Origin: Lama guanicoe
Lineage: Eukaryota
Assembly: GCA_013239625.1 (NCBI GenBank)
Contig: MU053810.1
Location: 3,814,071 to 3,878,070 of the forward strand
Length of the DNA stretch: 64,000 bases
Reading direction: 5' to 3'
How positions within the stretch are numbered: the first letter of the stretch is position 1; each line of letters begins with the position of its first letter. The position numbers and the translations under genes were made by a program. This document shows, piece by piece, positions 57,201 through 64,000 of this stretch. A model generated the notes under the pieces. The model was given only the letters and a program-made list of their open reading frames with translations. It ran no database searches and was not told where the DNA came from.

Positions 57201-58749
57201 AGAAAGGAATCTTCATAGGGTATTTTTCACATACAAAGACATCATTCCCAGCTCAGTTAAGGGTGCACTTGCTATGCACACAAATTAGCATAAATCCATA
57301 CACAGTTATCTTCAAACATTTTGCCGTTTCTCTAACAGAACCATTCCTAAATTTAAAAATTAATACCCACTTGTCTGGAGACTAATTAAAATCTTTCTCA
57401 GTATTTTGTTACCATCATAAAGGCTGATATGGTTTATAATGACTGTTAAGTAACCGGGCAGCAATGAGCAGCTGAGGTTTGGGATGAAATCAGTGGCCAC
57501 AGGATCCAGAGAGGCTGCTGGGATCCAATTCGTGGTCCAGGGACTGAGTAAGAACACACACCAGAAAGCATCCTTGCATCATGCTTCGGATACCTCTAAG
57601 TACCAGTTTGGGGCATCATTAGGAAGACGCTTAGTGGCATTTATTGAATGAAACACTGTCTACATACACTTAAAAGCATCACCAGACTGAGTGACAAGAC
57701 AGCCCATCAAATTAGTAAAGTACATGTTGAATATGTATTCGTGTGACCTTTCTTTCTACTAAGTTGTTACGATCTTACAAATTGAAAGGCCCGCCTACTT
57801 ATTTCAACTATTAACACAATCTTCAAAACATGAATTATCCTTCATTTTCATTTCTCACATTTTTCAAACCCTTATCTGACCTACAGATGAGGCTTCAGTT
57901 AAATAGAGACCTGTGGATTTTTGGGATTAATTCTCAAATCCAACTGTCATCTTGACTCTATGCCACTGAGAATTCAGTGTACTTGGAAAGGTACGTTAAG
58001 AGACACAATGCTGATCATCCAGGATTTAATGTTATTTCATATCCTAAACCCCATGCCTTGAATAGAAAATGTCTCTGGAACATATGTATAAAAAGCCAGA
58101 AAAACTCCTATAGAAAGGTAGTTGAGAGTCAGCCCAAGTCTCAAAGACAAGGATGACATATATAACTTAGAAACACAACATTTGGATTATAGGAAATTGG
58201 TGACAATAAGGGACATAGAAAAACTGGTGACAGTGACATCTTAAACATTAACAGACCCCTTAATACATTATATTTAGTAAATCAGATTAGTCCTGTTTTA
58301 ACATTTTTAATAGCCCTCAGTTACATGCTAAGTGATGTTATTTATTGTTTGTGTATATATGTGGTGCATAGAAGAACATTACAAAGTATGTATTTAAATA
58401 TGAATACCTTACTAAATTATATTCATTATAGCTGAAGTGGAGAAACAATATGTAAAACAATGCTAACACTTACGCCTGAAATTCTTTTCTTTTTATCTTT
58501 TAAGCTCCAATTTCTTGTGTCATTTTAAAAATTATCTTTGTGTTTAAAACAAAAAAGGGCAACTGAACTCCAGTTTATTAATACTTTTATAAATTGGTGG
58601 GTAGATAATAAACTTAGTAAAGAAAACACTTTTCAGGTCCAAAGTTTCAAAGGGCAAAAAGAAAGTTTTAAAGATCCTATTCAATGTATGGCGATCGTTG
58701 TACTATTCTCTAAAAGCCTTTCAAATCACCTCTTCCATGTTTCTTCCCT

Positions 58750-59300
58750 AAAAGTCTCAGAATTAACAACACAATGTAATCTAGGTTTAAATTTGGGTTT
58801 CTCCTGCGTTTCAGATACTCATGTTTGCGCTTTCTCTTACCAACCAGCCACTTAAAGAGTCACTGTTACTTTGTGGTTTTATCTATGAGATTCGTGTCTT
58901 TGGGGCTCATTAGGAACATTTCCAAAGATTACAATGTCAACAGCGCCTAATTACTGGACTGTGAGAAAGGTCTTCTTGAGTACATAAAATCTGCAGCAGT
59001 GCACGGTACACAATGAGCAGCTCAGATCCCAAATTTTATCACAGGTAAGCAGCAAACAAATTAATAATGTTACCTGGGATCTCTTGGGATAATTACTACC
59101 GTGTAAAAAACGGCTTTGAAATTCTGCAGATAGTACTGGACCTCATTTTTTCACTCCCCTATATTAACGAGGATTTATTTATCTCTTAGCCTTCTGTGCT
59201 ACACAATTCATTCTGTTGTTCTTGCTAGAATTTTTTTGGAGTAAAGTTTGCTGCATAACAAAAAGTCAATTTAAATTTGCTTAAGAAAGACATATCACTT
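58750..59300. promoter_or_regulatory. Probable orthologue of the distal PTF1A pancreatic progenitor enhancer
   Basis: About 26.6 kb 3' of the PTF1A ATG, non-repetitive; forkhead motifs GTCAACA (58936-58942), AGTACATA (58979-58986) and AGCAAACA (59051-59058), with TAAT motifs at 59062-59068. Confidence 0.65.
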
Positions 59301-59599
59301 GATATAACATTGCTTTAAGTCATATTCCATGTTTAATTTTGCTCTTTTCAAAATACTTACTGTATATTTTGATGGATTTTATTCTTACTTATGCTTGGTT
59401 GACAATTAGTTACTAAAGAATGTAAGGAGAGACAGACTAGTCTGTTTAAAGCAGTAGACTGCTGCTGAGGACATTACAGGTCTCGTGTAGTGGATCAACA
59501 TGCAGGTTTGCCAGCCTTTATTTTGGGGACCCAGGGATTACCTTGTGCACAGCTCAGGAGGAGAGGTAGGGGTGCAGTTAGCTGGGCACGTCACTGATG

Positions 59600-60065
59600 T
59601 TAACTCACTGAATCCTCATAACTAAGCGAGGAGGTCACCTTCTCCATTTCACACAGCCAAGGGGGCTGAGATGAAGTCACCCAGTGAGTAAGTGGCTGGA
59701 ATGAGATGGGAACCCAAGTCTGTCCACCTCCAAAGCTTTTCTGTTACATCACATGTTTTCCTACAGTGTGTGCAGTTGAAAATGGGACATGAGTCTTTGG
59801 ACAAATCAACATAACTGGGTGGTGACGAGCCTGGGCTCTGGGGCAACGCTGCCTGGGTCTGAGTTAAGCCTTACTTATAAATAAATAATCTGTTTATTTG
59901 CAGTCATAACCCTGGCAGCTTACTAAACCCTTCTGTATCCAACTGTCTCCTCTGCAGACTTGGGAAAGCAAGAGTGCCGACCTTATAAGGTTTTTGTGAC
60001 AATTAGGGTTAAAACTAGAAAGACATTTAGAACAGTACCTACAACCCACGAAGTGTTAGTTATCC
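59600..60065. mobile_element. Two MIR SINEs in opposite orientation (about 59600-59750 minus, about 59810-60065 plus)
   Basis: MIR core motifs (ctgaatcctcataac...gggaacccaagtctgtccacctccaaagc; ctgcctgggtctgag...tttagaacagtacct). Confidence 0.6.
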
Positions 60066-62239
60066 ATAATTTTCAAAAGTCTTGTGGTATGAAAGTACAA
60101 TGTGAGAACCCCAGTCTTTTGATACAACCCTGAAGGTCCTGTTAGTGGAGGGAAGAAGTAGTCAATAGGATATTTAAAATATTTATATTCTATTTACACA
60201 GTTTATAAAACAGAACCCAATGCAACAGTGACTTTAAGGAGCTCCATTTGGCTTCTGTCCCCAGGTAGGTTACAGTAACCTCCCATGTTACAGAAAGTAA
60301 TAAAGGTTTGTAAGTCAGGCACATACTAACCATGTAGCTAATCACCTGTTTGATGATGTATTTGTGAATTACTCTTTGAAAACACTAATAATGTATTAAA
60401 CTATTTCCTAGGGGCCCGAAGGGGGTGTTCAATCTTCTGAAGTACCTGAGAAGTTTGGGGTGATTTGTTTTGTGAAGACAATTTGGCCCTTCAAGCTTCT
60501 AGTATGAATGCCACTCAGTTGCCATAACCATTGAACACTGCTATCTAATGAAAAAAATTCATTTACTCCCCAAATTACTAAATCTGTCATTCAATTTCCT
60601 TCTGGCACTCATTTATTGATTGTTCTTATTCATTAAAAACAGAAAATTAATTTTTAGTAAATTTTGATTTCATTGAAACCCACTTAACCAGAAATTTCTG
60701 TTAATGGGATGATTTCCCCACACTAACTTAAGAACAGGAGGTGTCAACGTTACATCAGAGATTTTGTAGAAAGACATTTCAGGGTTCTGTCCAGAGGCTT
60801 TCTGGGTGCAGTTGTCACATTCAGAATGACACGCCTAGTGGCGTCCTGCAAAATTGCGGATCATCAAATAGCATTTACTTTCAATTTTATTAGTAAGGCA
60901 AAAAAGGGGGCTTTCAGTAGACAGGGTGGAAATGACTCTACGCTTGGCATTCTCAGGGCAGAGGACACGACCGGGAGTGACAATGCTGTTTTGGCAGAGG
61001 CTGCCTCGTGGCCCACGTGGTCATCAATGTTGGTTTGTATTCACTCCAAATGAACCTTTGAAAAATGGTCTGCTTGGCTGAGAACAGTCAGTTTTGGATG
61101 TAAAATCCTCAACTCAATTTTTGGGGAAGGGAATGTTGCTGTGAATTAAACTCTCTAACTAAAACGCCAGGTCAAACACAGGTTCCAAATTCGACAAGCT
61201 CCATTTTAATGATAAATCATTAGAGTCTCTCTTCTCCTAACACATTATGATGTTTTAGAAATGATGTTTAGAAATAAGTTACTGTACGGGTAGGAATTTC
61301 CAACAACTCAACAGATCTAATCCCCGATTTAAATGCTGATGTCTTTGAAAGGTTGTCACGGTCTTAGCAGGCAGCTGAGTGCTCTGGAGTCCAGTCTTGG
61401 GGGTCACTGTGATCTGAAATGCCAGCCCAGGAGGCAGCCAGCAATGTGACCACAGAGATTCCTCTGTACCCAGGGCAGACGCATCTGAAAATGATACTGC
61501 CTATACATGTCAGCAGTACAGAAAAAGGCTCTCCAATGCACAGAGACCCAGAAGAGACGTTCCTTTCTGCCAAAGCTCAATCTAGCTCTCAAAAGTAGAC
61601 GATTTTAAGCTCTTATCACACACTTCCTCTGTGCATAGAGATTCATTATGAAAGTCTCCTTTTCAACATTCCAGGAGATGAAAAACAGAAATGACTGACA
61701 CCCTTTGATTAGTATCAGTAATAATAATTCAAACTAATCATGTCGTATTTTGTTAACCCAACTTGTTTTTTTAGAGAAAAGCAAGCACAGTTGTTTCATA
61801 AAGATTTACAGAAACTTAAGGACAAATGTACTTCCACCTCTAAAGGGGTCCAATCTGAGGCCCCGCAAGGACTGAAGGGAGACAAGGATGCTAGAAATAG
61901 ACGTACTTTTCTCCTAAGTATTAAATTGGACAATAGGAATTTAACAGGAGCTTCAGGTTTGCTGGCAGTTTAACAACGAAACGTGGATTCCAACTGAGAC
62001 AGTTTCTAGGTTTGAAATATGACTCAATTCATTTTCAGTTAGCACAGATCAATATTCAGAAACACATATTAGCGTTTTTTATCCACCATATCTAAGTATC
62101 AATTTTACAAATTGGCTGAAAAAAGTCTTGCATTCACCCAGAAACCAAACATCTTAGGATGGCAAAGGAAAGTGATATTACCCTTGCTTAAGTACCCATC
62201 CCGTGTGTGAATATTTTCCTGCAACAATAAGGTCCTTAC

Positions 62240-62300
62240 CCTTCAGTGAAAGCTGAGAGGATATCGGATCACTGACCAGGTCTACATACTTGTTGTCCAT
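62240..62300 (-). CDS. C10orf67: C10orf67 orthologue, penultimate coding exon (61 nt)
   Basis: tttacctgcAG|ATG GAC AAC AAG...CTG AAG G|GTAAGG; MDNKYVDLVSDPISSQLSLK, similar to recalled human [20 protein letters not shown]. Confidence 0.85.
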
Positions 62301-62386
62301 CTGCAGGTAAATCAAAAAGTTCCATTACTGAGCTTGAATGATACTGACAGATTAAATGTTTAATAAGGAAGAAATAATCTACCTAC

Positions 62387-62470
62387 CGACGATGAGTGAT
62401 GAACACTTCCAGAAGACACTGACTCTGTTACCAAGTTCATTTTGGACTGCACATGTAAGGGTTTAACTTT
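62387..62470 (-). CDS. C10orf67: C10orf67 orthologue, third-from-last coding exon (84 nt)
   Basis: tgtctttcAG|AAA GTT AAA CCC...TCG TCG|GTAGGT; KVKPLHVQSKMNLVTESVSSGSVHHSSS, similar to recalled human KVKPLLVQSR...; phase-0 86-bp intron to the next exon. Confidence 0.85.
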
Positions 62471-63269
62471 CTGAAAGACACAGACAGTATGTACCGTGTT
62501 ATCCAGGGGCAATAATGATCAGCCCAAAGGGATGGAGAATGTTCTTCAACCCTGAGTTAACCAAGATATGAAAATTATGCTCCTAACTTACTTGCTGGGG
62601 AAATCCTTTCCTTTAAATCCAAGGAATAGATCCCTTCCTTACTCAGGCTACTTTGAGAGAAAATTCAAGAAAAATGTTTTCCTTGTTGTCTCTTCTGACT
62701 CTACTTCCTTCTGACTATCCCTATGCCATCTGGGATTTACTGACATACGTGGTCAGGTACTACAAAGCCCAGGGCAGCCTGGATCCTGGAAGCTACACTG
62801 TAGTGGTCCTAATTCCCAGGAACTGAATGGTGAAAAGCAAAACGTTTTTCAAAGAACTAAAATCCAATCACGTTGTTTCTTGTAAGTTCACAACTAAAAC
62901 AAAATGACACAGAAATATCAAAGGTTGAGCAAAGTTAACAGTAAAAGACAAGAAGACATTAATAGAATGGATAACAGACAATTTAGAATTCACAGCTAGA
63001 CAGAACCCAACAAGCTATGAATGAAGTCTAATCCATAAAAAAGATATGACAGTGAAGCATCTCCCTGAGTTGAATGAGAAAGTAACATAATATATAACAC
63101 ACAGCAACAGCGAACAATCCTCATGAGCTTTTCCTTGACAGCTACACCTACTAGCTTGTAGAGCACAGCCTCAAACCTTAAAAAGAAATCTTTGCCATTG
63201 ATTTATTTAACTAAATGTCTGGTATCTTTTTGGGTCTTGGGATTCTGAAATAAACTACTGGCTCAAGAC

Positions 63270-64000
63270 ATTCAAGAAATACAATTCAACAACACCCCAA
63301 GCAAAATGCTAGCGGATTTTTTAAAAAAGAAATTGACTTGCAGATTCTAAAATGTATATGGAAGTACTAAGGATAGAGAATTGCCAAGACAATCTTGGAG
63401 AAGAGGAATAAAATTGAAGGACTTATACTACCTAATTTCAAGACTTACTATAAAGTTATTAATTAAGAATGGTATAGTATCGGCAAAGGGACAGACAGAT
63501 ACATAGACCAACAGAACAAAATAGAGGGTTTTGAAATAGACTCATATACACATAACCAATTGATTTGGAACAAAGGAGCCAGTAAAATTCAATGGGAAAA
63601 GAAAGATCAAAATTATACCATAAGAAGTATATGTGGAATGTGAGATATAGTTCTACAATCTGCAAAAGAAAAAAAGAGCTAAGTTGATCTTTATTAAAAT
63701 TAGAAACTCTGACTTTCAAAGGACATTGTTCTGAAAATGGAAGGAAAAACTACAGACTAGGGAGAAATATTTTCAGTACATATATCTGACAAAACACATA
63801 TGTATCCAAAACACATAACAAAATATTGTAACTTAGTAAAAATTAACAACAGACAAAAGTCGGGAGAGGAGAGGCCGGGGAGTTGTTGTTTAATGGGTAT
63901 AGAGTTTCTGTTTTGTAAGATTAAGGGGGTTCAGGTGATTGGTCCCACAACAGTGTGACTGTACTGGACATTGTTAAACTATACATTTAAAAATGGTTAC
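63270..64000 (+). mobile_element. L1M ORF2 fragment joined to an L1 3'UTR fragment
   Basis: ggacttatactacctaatttcaagacttactataaag...acatagaccaacagaacaaaatagag; abrupt switch near 63860 to 3'UTR sequence (tttaatgggtatagagtttctgttttg). Confidence 0.8.

Noticed and set aside
57462..59022. 12-mer CAATGAGCAGCT repeated at 57462 and 59011
   Set aside because: Repeated 12-mers are expected by chance many times in 64 kb.

Overview
Mammalian genomic DNA, probably a camelid or other non-ruminant artiodactyl judging from the young L1 3' ends and the absence of recognisable Alu, Bov-A or PRE SINEs. It covers the PTF1A locus. It holds the complete two-exon PTF1A gene (+, CDS 32360-33137 and 33539-33741, 326 aa) in a CpG island. 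It also holds the last three coding exons of the convergent C10orf67 orthologue (-, 62470-62387, 62300-62240, 44044-43953), which the ORF track misses, and a frameshifted processed pseudogene of HNRNPH2 at the left edge. Regulatory elements include an upstream CpG-rich region with two matched PTF1 composite sites (E-box plus TC-box), homeodomain/POU/TCF/SOX-rich non-coding blocks 3' of the gene, a dense cluster of RBPJ motifs, and the probable orthologue of the distal pancreatic enhancer about 26.6 kb downstream, inside the last C10orf67 intron. The rest is L1, L2, MIR, MLT and MER repeats. Smaller oddities are a tailless 5'-half tRNA-Cys retro-insertion with target-site duplications, a 44-bp L1 insertion, tandem duplications of E-boxes and a 61-nt hairpin. 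I found no convincing wholly new biological system. Reference-protein and literature comparisons are from memory and need alignment to confirm.
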